Virus record (IMG/VR): IMGVR_UViG_3300048898_000030
Span: 1 to 40,266 of that record
DNA from: a virus
Taxonomy: Duplodnaviria > Caudoviricetes
Length of the DNA: 40,266 nucleotides
Direction: 5' to 3' (one strand)
In this document: in pieces, positions 8,457 through 16,498 of the stretch
Numbering within the stretch: position 1 is the stretch's first letter
How the letters are laid out: each line of letters starts with the position of its first letter
The notes under the pieces: generated by a model
Told to the model about the DNA's origin: nothing
What the model saw: only the letters and a program-made list of their open reading frames with translations
The model's database searches: none
Made by a program: the position numbers and the translations under genes

Positions 8457-9028
8457 AGATCGCCATCAAGCGCGCGGGTGATAACCAATGGCGTAACGAC
8501 AATCTGGAGGCAAAGCGAGCCTACCAACGCGCCTATTACGCCAAGAATAAAGAGAAGCTGAGGGAGAACAGCAAGCGTGCCTACGCCAATCTCCCACCCG
8601 AGATTAAAGCTGCACGGGTTGCTTATCAGGCGCAGTGGAGAAAAGACCACCCAGAGGCTCGGAAGAAGATCACTAAGCGCTACCGGGAAGGTAACAAGGA
8701 ATATCTCGCCCGAGCCGATCGCGAATACAACGCTAACCCTGAACGTCGGAAGATCCTTCGCGCGCGCCACGCCGCGACACTGGAAAGCCTTGCCGGCCGT
8801 CCTCGCCCCGAGATCTGCGACGCTTGCGGAGGACCGCCTGACGACAAGATCGGAATGCACTTCGATCATTGCCATAAGCGTGGGCACTTCCGGGGATGGA
8901 TATGCCGAGAGTGCAATCTGGCGCTTGGCAACATCCGAGACGACATCGGCAGACTCCGCAAGCTGATCGCCTACCTCAAACGCACCAAGGATGGTCCCGC
9001 TAGCCAATTCAGCCTCCCTGGGGTATAA
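8435..9028 (+). CDS. Endonuclease VII-family free-standing endonuclease, antisense to the late operon
   Basis: CDACGG...FDHCH.RGHFRGWICRECNLALG; paralogue of 1727-2242. Confidence 0.88.
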   Translation: MSHIDDIKIAIKRAGDNQWRNDNLEAKRAYQRAYYAKNKEKLRENSKRAYANLPPEIKAARVAYQAQWRKDHPEARKKITKRYREGNKEYLARADREYNANPERRKILRARHAATLESLAGRPRPEICDACGGPPDDKIGMHFDHCHKRGHFRGWICRECNLALGNIRDDIGRLRKLIAYLKRTKDGPASQFSLPGV

Positions 9029-9057
9029 GCGCCCACCACCGTCGGTTGAACAGGAGG

Positions 9058-10041
9058 CTATTGATTTAGATCGAAGATTGTGGCATGAGCCTTAGGTGCA
9101 GTCGGACGTATACATCCTTCGTAGACAACACCACCCTGGGTATTATCGCCGGTGGTGGCGTACGTTTGGTCGACAAAGGATCTGCCCGATAGTGGCGCCA
9201 TCTCGGCGTAGTCGGTGCTGACCAGGATGATCTGGTGCGCCGGCATAAAGCGGTCGGGGGCGAGTTGGATGGCACCGAAGTTGGTGCGATACACGTCCAC
9301 CGCGCCCTGAATCGTCACCTGCTCGCTCGACGTGACGTTCTGGATGTTCTGCGCCACCACGGCGTTGCCGGTCCCGCCCTGCGACAGCGTGGCAAAGTAG
9401 GCTTTGACGTTGCCCGACATGATGCCCAGTGTGGGCTTGCCGCCGGCCTGCCAGCATTGCTGCATCGCGCTATCGACCATCGCCAGCGTGAGATCGCGCA
9501 GAGTGCCGGCGGTGCCAGCATTGGAGCCGTCGCCGACCGGCATCACACCAGCGCCGGCACCGCGTGAGCCGTTGACCGTGTAGCATGGCAACCCGGACAT
9601 ATGGCGCGGGTCGGTGATGGTGCGCACCAGCGGCGAGGTGATCGCCAGTTCCAGGTCGCGCTTGACCTCCATGCCGCGCAAGATTAACTGCCGGTTGTAC
9701 TCGTCCTCGCCACCTGCCATGTCGGCCGCGCGCAGGGTGTTCGATACGCCGACTGTACGAGCCAAAATTTGACAAACATTATTTAATCTGACTGGCTTCA
9801 CAACGACTTGCATAACCGCAGTAAAGCCCTCGGGCTGCGCGTTATCAGCGGCTTGATTAAGCTCTTGTACTAGGAATTCTGTAAGTACTTGTTGGGCATC
9901 TACTGATGGTAGTGCCGAGTAAAGCGGCGTTTCGTCGGGATCTATTCTTTCGATAATGTCCCGCAAGTCCTCCTTTACACCAATCGCTGCAGTCTCGATA
10001 TAAGTCCCCGCCGGGGCGGCACCTTGGGCTCCTACAGCCAT
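9058..10041 (-). CDS. Major capsid protein (DUF5309/SU10-like)
   Basis: KEDL.DII.RIDPDETP, NVCQI, EVKRDLE, VDVY.TNFG motifs; follows the scaffold gene; start set at ATG 10041 by SD spacing. Confidence 0.9.
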   Translation of the reverse strand: MAVGAQGAAPAGTYIETAAIGVKEDLRDIIERIDPDETPLYSALPSVDAQQVLTEFLVQELNQAADNAQPEGFTAVMQVVVKPVRLNNVCQILARTVGVSNTLRAADMAGGEDEYNRQLILRGMEVKRDLELAITSPLVRTITDPRHMSGLPCYTVNGSRGAGAGVMPVGDGSNAGTAGTLRDLTLAMVDSAMQQCWQAGGKPTLGIMSGNVKAYFATLSQGGTGNAVVAQNIQNVTSSEQVTIQGAVDVYRTNFGAIQLAPDRFMPAHQIILVSTDYAEMAPLSGRSFVDQTYATTGDNTQGGVVYEGCIRPTAPKAHATIFDLNQ

Positions 10042-10236
10042 AGTCATCTCCATTGACGCAGGAGACGCACTTTTGGCGTCTGCTGCTGTTGAAACCGGAT
10101 TGTGGGTTTCGCAATGGAATGACCGGGCTAGTCTGGGTTGGTGCAAGCACTCCCAGAGGACCGCAGATCAGTCTTTAGCGACGGCACTTCCCGTCCAGCC
10201 GGTTGGTGGCCTAAGCCACTCCTTCGGACGACAGGT
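10042..10236 (-). ncRNA. Candidate structured cis-regulatory leader of the capsid mRNA
   Basis: Several hairpins; two GGAGTG-loop-CACCAACC motifs; GTCATTCCATTG pairs with CAATGGAGATGAC across the SD. Confidence 0.55.
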
Positions 10237-10942
10237 TGCTAGTATGTGACAGCAAGCGACGCGTCGTCAATACGGTTTGCCATTCCTCCATTGTCATGGC
10301 GTGCTTAGAAAGATTACAGGAAGGGCAGAGGATCTGGATATTGTCCGGCCAGCTGGTGCCACCACGACTAACTGGCACGATATGATCGCAATGAAACCCG
10401 CCCGATACGTCAGCACGGCAATGCGTGGCGGCACATTGGTAGTTCTGTCCAGCCAAGAGCATCAGGACATCATCCGCGGTAAATCGGCCAACAGCACTCC
10501 GACGAACTGCCTTCGAGGCCCTGTCAAACGCCGATTGCCGCTCGGGGTTATCCTTGGCCCATTGCTTTGAGGTCACCCTTACGCGGGTCTTGTGTGCCGG
10601 ATCGTACTTATACTTCTCGTGGTATCGCTTCCCAGTCCAGAGTCGCTTTCGCTCCTTCTCCTGCTCCGCTCTTGGCTTAGCCCAACGATCGTAGATGGCC
10701 TTACGCCGATCGGGGTTGTCCTTATTCCACTGGATGGACTGTGCGTTGAAGCGCTCCTTGTGAATACGGCTGCGCGCCAAGTTCTGTGCCCGCACGCAAT
10801 CGTAGCACGCTCCAGTCGTAACCCAACGTTCGGCTATATGACCATGTTTGCAGGAAGTGCCTGTGAAATATCGCTTTAAACCGAGAGCTTCCGCCTCATC
10901 CTTGGATACAAGCGTACGCTTAGGTAGTATGGGGTCAGCCAT
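10211..10942 (-). CDS. Free-standing HNH endonuclease
   Basis: N-terminal RYFTG..CKHGHIAER...C.DC; C-terminal DHIVPVSRGG....NIQILCPSCNLSK. Confidence 0.9.
   Translation of the reverse strand: MADPILPKRTLVSKDEAEALGLKRYFTGTSCKHGHIAERWVTTGACYDCVRAQNLARSRIHKERFNAQSIQWNKDNPDRRKAIYDRWAKPRAEQEKERKRLWTGKRYHEKYKYDPAHKTRVRVTSKQWAKDNPERQSAFDRASKAVRRSAVGRFTADDVLMLLAGQNYQCAATHCRADVSGGFHCDHIVPVSRGGTSWPDNIQILCPSCNLSKHAMTMEEWQTVLTTRRLLSHTSNLSSEGVA
10241..10270 (-). promoter_or_regulatory. Putative capsid promoter inside the HNH 3' end
   Basis: TTGACG-N18-CATACT on the minus strand. Confidence 0.45.
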
Positions 10943-11030
10943 ATGCCCTCTCACACCAGGGTCTATTGGTCAGGAGACGGCGGCGCGTTCAGGGCGCTGC
11001 CGTTCTCCGATTCATCTCGGCATACTACCA
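10902..11030 (-). promoter_or_regulatory. Structured leader, copy 3, with an opposing antisense promoter
   Basis: Minus strand GGAGAACGGCAGCG...CGCCGCCGTCTCC-TGACC-hairpin-ATG 10942; plus strand TTGGAT(10902)-N17-TAGTAT(10925) points across the start codon. Confidence 0.65.
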
Positions 11031-12082
11031 TTCGCACGTCGCGCTGCCAACAAAGCCGCTGCGTTCCTGACGTTGGCCTTGGCATCGAACGCCTGTTCGG
11101 CGACCTGAACGCGCTCGGTGGGTGCCGGCGGAGGCGGTGCGCCACGCACGGGCGCCTGTAGCCGTTGGGCCGGTGCTGCGGTCTTGGCGCCTTCCACCCA
11201 GCGATCGAACATCGCCGCTTTCATCATCGTGCGTAAATGGTGAGCGCTGGTCAGGCCGCGCAACTCGTCCTGCGTGAAGCCGCCCTTGGTGGTGGCCCAT
11301 TCCACAATCTGCCGCTGCGCCTGCGCCCGCTCGGTCGGGTCGCTCCAGAAAGGGAACTCCTTGGCCAGTTGCTCATTGGCCGCTGCCACCTGCTGCGCCA
11401 TGGCTCTCTCGTGGGCCTGCTGCTGCAAGGCGGTGAGGTTGCCAAGGCGCCCCTGTTCCTCGCGCGACGCCTCGTATTGTGCGAGTTCGCGCAGATACCG
11501 CTGCGGGTCGGTTTCCAGCAGCGCCGCATCAGGCCGCGCCACGCCCTGCACCGTCTGGGCAAGTCGCTGCAGCTCCGGCTGGATATACGGCAGCACGGTA
11601 GCCAGGGCTTCCTGCTGTGCGGCGAGGGAGCGCCGTTGCTGGGCGATCTCCTGGGTCTTGGCGGTATAGTCCGCCGACTTCAGCACCGCTTCGCGCAGTT
11701 GGGCGGTGGTGTAGCGCTGACCCTCGATCTCGACGGCGGCCGCCATGTCGCTGGTCGTCTGTTCGAGCGGCGCCGTCCCTGGCGGCACGGCCACACCAGG
11801 CACGCCCAGGGCGCGCTCCATGGCACTGAGGCCGGTCTCGGCCTTGGGTGCCGCGTCAGGTGCCTTGGGTGCCTCAGCAGGCTTCTGAGCGCCCGCAATG
11901 GCGTCGTTGGGCGCTGGGCGGCGCTCGGGTGCTGTGGACTCTGGTGCGCCCTGTTGGCGGCGCTGCTGACTGAGTAGCCGGGCAGCCTCGGAGACTGAGA
12001 TGGCGGGCTGCGATGCCGGCGGCGGGGAGCTTTCGCCGCCACCCTCAGCCGGTGCGGCGGGTGCGGATGTGGTTTCGGACAT
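11012..12082 (-). CDS. Capsid scaffolding protein
   Basis: Between portal and capsid; low-complexity N-terminus; EIEG...T..QL......DYTAKTQEIA coiled coil. Confidence 0.8.
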   Translation of the reverse strand: MSETTSAPAAPAEGGGESSPPPASQPAISVSEAARLLSQQRRQQGAPESTAPERRPAPNDAIAGAQKPAEAPKAPDAAPKAETGLSAMERALGVPGVAVPPGTAPLEQTTSDMAAAVEIEGQRYTTAQLREAVLKSADYTAKTQEIAQQRRSLAAQQEALATVLPYIQPELQRLAQTVQGVARPDAALLETDPQRYLRELAQYEASREEQGRLGNLTALQQQAHERAMAQQVAAANEQLAKEFPFWSDPTERAQAQRQIVEWATTKGGFTQDELRGLTSAHHLRTMMKAAMFDRWVEGAKTAAPAQRLQAPVRGAPPPPAPTERVQVAEQAFDAKANVRNAAALLAARRANGSMPR

Positions 12083-12085
12083 GGG

Positions 12086-12697
12086 TCACTCGCGTCCCTG
12101 GTATGGCGTTAGTCGCTGAAATATTTCGCGATTGGGTGAAGCTCCGGAGATCCGATAGCCCGAAATCGTCCTAGCGTCGGGATAATGCTCCTGCAATGCC
12201 CCGAGGAGTTGCTTGATGGCTCCTGGGCCAAAGCTGTTTTTCCCCTCATGCGATTGAATATCTGCAATGTGCAGTTCTCCCATCATTGGGTCCCACTCCG
12301 TATCGAGCATGCCTACGGGCCAGCCCTCAGCATCTTTGATGTGGAAGGTGTGGTTGTTCGGCTGCGCCCATTGCCGCCGCAACTTGACTTGTTCCAGGCT
12401 CAGGCCGCCGGGTGCTCCCGGCTCCGTGGTGCCGAACAACAGCCCTTGAGCGTATTGCTGCGCTGCGTCAGTTACGCCTGCCGCCGTTGGACGACCATCG
12501 GCCCACAAGCCACGATCCGCGCTTATCTGCTGCTGCCGCGCTATCTCGGCGGTGATCGCCTGATAGGTCTGCGCCAGCGCGTCGGCCTGGCTGACAGCAC
12601 CGGGATCAGGCGGTGCGATCTGCGGCCTGCCAATCCCCAGCAACCCCGCCCCAGCGTCGGGCGTCGTCTGGTCAGGATCGAGCAGCGACGGCATCAC
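12086..12697 (-). CDS. Hypothetical head-module protein with possible GNAT-like C-terminal domain
   Basis: Low-complexity N-terminus with GLLG; lower-GC alpha/beta C-terminal domain (ELHIADIQ...FGPGAIKQLL...ISGYRISGA). Confidence 0.55.
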   Translation of the reverse strand: MMPSLLDPDQTTPDAGAGLLGIGRPQIAPPDPGAVSQADALAQTYQAITAEIARQQQISADRGLWADGRPTAAGVTDAAQQYAQGLLFGTTEPGAPGGLSLEQVKLRRQWAQPNNHTFHIKDAEGWPVGMLDTEWDPMMGELHIADIQSHEGKNSFGPGAIKQLLGALQEHYPDARTISGYRISGASPNREIFQRLTPYQGRE

Positions 12698-12954
12698 TCG
12701 AACGCCTTGACGCGCTCGGCCTCGTCGCGCGCCGCATCGACGTAATCCACCGCCGCCTCCAGCGCGCCGCGAAACCGCCCCAGCGCCAGCACCATCTGCC
12801 GGTTGGCCTCGCGCTGCACCGCGTCATCGGCAATGATCGCCTTCGTCGTGGCGTCCTCGATCAGCGTGTTGAGCACGTCGTTGAAGATCTTGTCGGATAA
12901 AAGCCGCTTCGCGCCCTCGGCGGCGATGATCTGGTCAGTTGTGAGTTGCGGCAT
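12694..12954 (-). CDS. Small helical head-module protein
   Basis: GC3-rich, coupled ORF after the portal. Confidence 0.7.
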   Translation of the reverse strand: MPQLTTDQIIAAEGAKRLLSDKIFNDVLNTLIEDATTKAIIADDAVQREANRQMVLALGRFRGALEAAVDYVDAARDEAERVKAFE

Positions 12955-13228
12955 TGGCCCGCTTGCTCAGCACTATCAGTGGCTCAAGGTCGCCATCATT
13001 GAATGCCTGCAGCGCATCCAATACGACATTCATGGGACCAAACGACCAGTCGTTTGTATCCATGCCTGCCTTGTCGGCAGTCGCTTCCAACATCCGTCGC
13101 ATTTGGGTTAAACCCAGCGCCAGCGTGTCCCCGCGAATGGCAATGAGTTCCTTGAGATTGCCGGTTCTGTGGTAGTCGCGAACCGCTTCCCACAAAGCTA
13201 CGGCTGGTCCAAATCTCTCAACCGGCAT
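12935..13228 (-). CDS. Hypothetical protein (lower-GC insert)
   Basis: 97 aa ORF overlapping the portal end and the next gene. Confidence 0.55.
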   Translation of the reverse strand: MPVERFGPAVALWEAVRDYHRTGNLKELIAIRGDTLALGLTQMRRMLEATADKAGMDTNDWSFGPMNVVLDALQAFNDGDLEPLIVLSKRANAATHN

Positions 13229-15935
13229 TGGCGCCCCCTCCCGGCATAGGAAGCGGCGGTCCGCCCGGTCCCATCAGCGGCGACATGGCCGCACGCTGCG
13301 TTAGCAATCCATACGCACCCGGTGGCCCACGCCCGCCGATCAGCGCGCTCTTGATCGCCGCCTGCGTGGCGGGGTCCATCCCACCACCGGGCGGCGGTGA
13401 CGGGCGTGGCTGCGGTGGTGGCGCCATTCCACCGCCCGGCGGCGGCATCATCGGCTGCGGCGGCCTGGGCGGCCCCTGCGGCTGTGGTGGCGACGCTCCC
13501 ACGGCCGGCGGCTGCGGCGACATCGGGCTGGGCGTGCTGGACAGCAGCCCAACGGCCGGCACCTTGCTCTGCATCGCCTGCTTGAACTCGTCATAGCTCG
13601 GCGCTGGCGTGCCAAACTGGGCGGCAGCCACCCAGGTCTTGGACCACGCATCGAGCGCCGCCTTGTCGCGCTCGCGGTCGTCCTCCATGAGCAGCCGCGC
13701 GCGATCGGTCTGTTGCTTCGCGCGGTCGCCTTCAATGTCCGCCGCTGTCTTGGATTGCTGCACCTGCGCCAACAGCATGTCCGTGTTGGGCTGCTGCGGC
13801 GCCGGCGGCGGCTTGAACCCCGGTGGCAGCGCCTTGAAGTACGACGACACGTCGCTGATGCTCACCGTCTCCAGCATGCGCGCGAGCGTATTGCGATACT
13901 CGGGAATGCCGGACAACGGGTTGTCCATCCCGCCCACCTGCATGATCTGCTCCTGCTTCTGAGCAATCGCCTGCAGCATCGCCAGTCGCTCATGCGGCAT
14001 GCCCTTGCCGCCGACGTTGATGGAGGTCTCCCACATCGTGGCCAGCGCCCGCGGATCGATGGAAATCCACTCGCCCCGGATACGCACGACGTTCGGCCGG
14101 TCCTGCTGGCGCGCCATCATGCGCAGAATGCCGGCATAGAGCGGTGCCAGACCGGTCTCAGCCAGGGTGCGCGCTACCATGTCGAGGCGGTCCTGCGCGG
14201 CGCTGCTCTGCTGGCTCACCGCCACCGGCGAGGTGGACTGCAACTCGTCCACCGTGAGGCCCGCTGAGGCACGGGTGATGCCGGTGCGGCTTTCCCTGAT
14301 GGCCTCGAGCACGTCCATGACCGGCAGCGCCTCTTTGCCGGCGAACGGCTTGACCAGTTCCGCCACCGCGCCCTGCTGGGCAACCCGGATGATGCTGCCG
14401 ATCGCCGTCTGGCGTACGTCTGCTAGGTTCGCCTGCCCGATCACCACCGCCGTGCGCGGGAACATCGCCTGCCCGAGGCTATCGAGCACCGCACGCATAA
14501 CGCGGGATTCCACCCGCTGCAGGTCCATGACCATATCGGCCTGGCTGCTGCCGATAATCCGTCCCGGCTCCCGATAGGGCGTGAAGCACGCCAGCGGGAT
14601 CTCGTCGCAGCGCTCCCACTGCACCAGCGTCGAGGCATCACCCAGCATATGCACATGGATCAGCTCGGCGCGGTTGTCGCCGTCGGTGTCGCACCTGATC
14701 CAACCCTCGGCATAGCGCACGATACCCATGGATCTGTCGTTGGGTGGCGCACCCTTGATGTTGTAGCCCTGCGCATAGTCCCGCGCGATGATCTCCTGCC
14801 GCTGCCGGGTTCGCATCATCGAATCGCGGTGCGCCAGCACCTTGTCCTCGGGCAGCCCCATCTCGATCAGATCGCTGGCCGCGACATCCCGCACATGGAA
14901 CACCGCACGCGCGCCCTCGACGGTGGCGGCGTCAGCGACTACCCAGACGCATTCCGCCGCCACCGCCTCGATCACCGGCCACGATTGTTGGGCGCTGCGG
15001 GTGATAGTCGCCGACCAGTATTCCGCCGGGGCGCCCTGGCTCAGATACATCTGCCCGTCCGGCGTCTTGGCCAGCGCCTCCTGCTCGCGCTGCAGCATTG
15101 GCCGGCGCACGATGCGCTGCGCCTCAATGCCAGGTTCGGCAAGCAGCATCTGCAACTGCGGAAGTAGCAGCCCCTCGCACACCTCGGTGCGGATTTGCTG
15201 TCGCTTGCCCCAATACCAGCGCACCCAACCGGCCTTGCGGGTCAGCGCATCGAGCAGCGCGTCATGCAGCACCGTCCACCCCTTATTCGCGGTGAACAGC
15301 GCCCAACGGCAATAGTCCGTCGCCTGCCGCGCCAGCGTTGTGGCAAGCTGGTCGTTGCCGGTGATCTCACTGCTGATCGGCTCGAACGACACCGGATCTT
15401 CCACCGCCGTGAACAGCCGCAGCAGGCTTGGCAGCGTCTGGCGGATGGTGTCCCTGACGACCGTGAGCACAATCTGGCTGCGCCCCGTAGCCTCGTCACC
15501 GAATGGCCGGCCCGCATAGTATTGGCTTGCGGTAATACGCTCGCGGCTTAGGTATTGGTCGTAGTTCTGCGCGATCTTGAAGTAATACCGCGCGACGGAA
15601 GTGATCTCCTCGTCCGTCTTGCCGAGACGTTCAAAGATGATCTCCTGTTGCCAGGATGCACCGTCTGGCTTGGCGGCGGGCCGCAACCCTGCCGCATACT
15701 TGCGAAGCTGTGCCGGCAGTTGGTCGTCAGTGTCTGTCTCCGCCTCGGTGTCCTTGGGCGGCAGCAGATAGGCCAGCACCTGCTCGGCGCCGAGCTGCAT
15801 GCCGGCGGGACGCATGCCCTGCGGCACCAGTCCGGGGATCTGCGGCATCGGCGGTGGTCCGAACGACTGCGCCGACTGGCCAAGCAGACTGCCGGGCGGC
15901 ATTGGCGGCGGTGGTGCTGGCAGCATGCCGCTCAT
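13218..15935 (-). CDS. Portal protein
   Basis: Follows terL; YYAG.PFGDE..GRSQIV...VRDTI....PSLLRLF and ESRTGITR motifs; Pro-rich termini; start set at ATG 15935. Confidence 0.88.
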   Translation of the reverse strand: MSGMLPAPPPPMPPGSLLGQSAQSFGPPPMPQIPGLVPQGMRPAGMQLGAEQVLAYLLPPKDTEAETDTDDQLPAQLRKYAAGLRPAAKPDGASWQQEIIFERLGKTDEEITSVARYYFKIAQNYDQYLSRERITASQYYAGRPFGDEATGRSQIVLTVVRDTIRQTLPSLLRLFTAVEDPVSFEPISSEITGNDQLATTLARQATDYCRWALFTANKGWTVLHDALLDALTRKAGWVRWYWGKRQQIRTEVCEGLLLPQLQMLLAEPGIEAQRIVRRPMLQREQEALAKTPDGQMYLSQGAPAEYWSATITRSAQQSWPVIEAVAAECVWVVADAATVEGARAVFHVRDVAASDLIEMGLPEDKVLAHRDSMMRTRQRQEIIARDYAQGYNIKGAPPNDRSMGIVRYAEGWIRCDTDGDNRAELIHVHMLGDASTLVQWERCDEIPLACFTPYREPGRIIGSSQADMVMDLQRVESRVMRAVLDSLGQAMFPRTAVVIGQANLADVRQTAIGSIIRVAQQGAVAELVKPFAGKEALPVMDVLEAIRESRTGITRASAGLTVDELQSTSPVAVSQQSSAAQDRLDMVARTLAETGLAPLYAGILRMMARQQDRPNVVRIRGEWISIDPRALATMWETSINVGGKGMPHERLAMLQAIAQKQEQIMQVGGMDNPLSGIPEYRNTLARMLETVSISDVSSYFKALPPGFKPPPAPQQPNTDMLLAQVQQSKTAADIEGDRAKQQTDRARLLMEDDRERDKAALDAWSKTWVAAAQFGTPAPSYDEFKQAMQSKVPAVGLLSSTPSPMSPQPPAVGASPPQPQGPPRPPQPMMPPPGGGMAPPPQPRPSPPPGGGMDPATQAAIKSALIGGRGPPGAYGLLTQRAAMSPLMGPGGPPLPMPGGGANAG

Positions 15936-16498
15936 GTTTCCCAATCCCCGAAACATACCTCGCGAACGTATCGCGCCGTCAGGCTCGCGCGCGGATCGCG
16001 GCGATCGCCTCCCGTTATCTGCTGCCATGTCTTGCCGTAGATGACAGCGCTAATCGCACCGATGCTGACGCCAAACCTGTCTGCCAACTGCTGAAGGGTT
16101 GCCGTGCTATCCCAAATCTCGCGCACCGCAGCTTCCGTCAATACGGCAACAGGGCTTTCCTCTCCTCGCTTTGACGGTGAGGTCATGCGACCCCGGTTGT
16201 AACCATCGAGGTTGTTGTCCCGGTATGTGCCCCAATACAGATGGTCAGGGTTCACGCACGACGTCACGTCGCAATGGTGGCACGCCAGCATGCCGGGGCT
16301 CGGCTGCGGCCGACCATGCAACTGCAACGACACATGCGACGCCGTTATATTGCGACCCTCTCGGCCGCCACTACCTATCAGGCCATAGCCGTCTGGCTGG
16401 CATGCGCCATCCCACAACCAGCAGCCACTATTCGGCTCCGGCGACACGAACTTCCAGAACCGCTGCTCCAGAGGAATGCGATGGTATACCCGAGGCAT
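15932..16498 (-). CDS. Free-standing HNH homing endonuclease
   Basis: PEPNSGCWLWDG...GYG...CHHCDVTSCVNPDHLYWGT..DN; C-terminal HTH; TAATG-coupled to terL. Confidence 0.9.
   Translation of the reverse strand: MPRVYHRIPLEQRFWKFVSPEPNSGCWLWDGACQPDGYGLIGSGGREGRNITASHVSLQLHGRPQPSPGMLACHHCDVTSCVNPDHLYWGTYRDNNLDGYNRGRMTSPSKRGEESPVAVLTEAAVREIWDSTATLQQLADRFGVSIGAISAVIYGKTWQQITGGDRRDPRASLTARYVREVCFGDWET

Noticed and set aside
10042-10146. N-terminal extension of the capsid ORF from the ORF track (also 15936-16028, 5104-5175, 20373-20537)
   Set aside because: Downstream ATGs have better SD spacing or coupling, and the extensions overlap other genes or the structured leader.
55-16498. Self-splicing introns or inteins hosting the endonucleases
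   Set aside because: The flanking genes are complete, uninterrupted ORFs, and no intron core or intein terminal motifs were seen.
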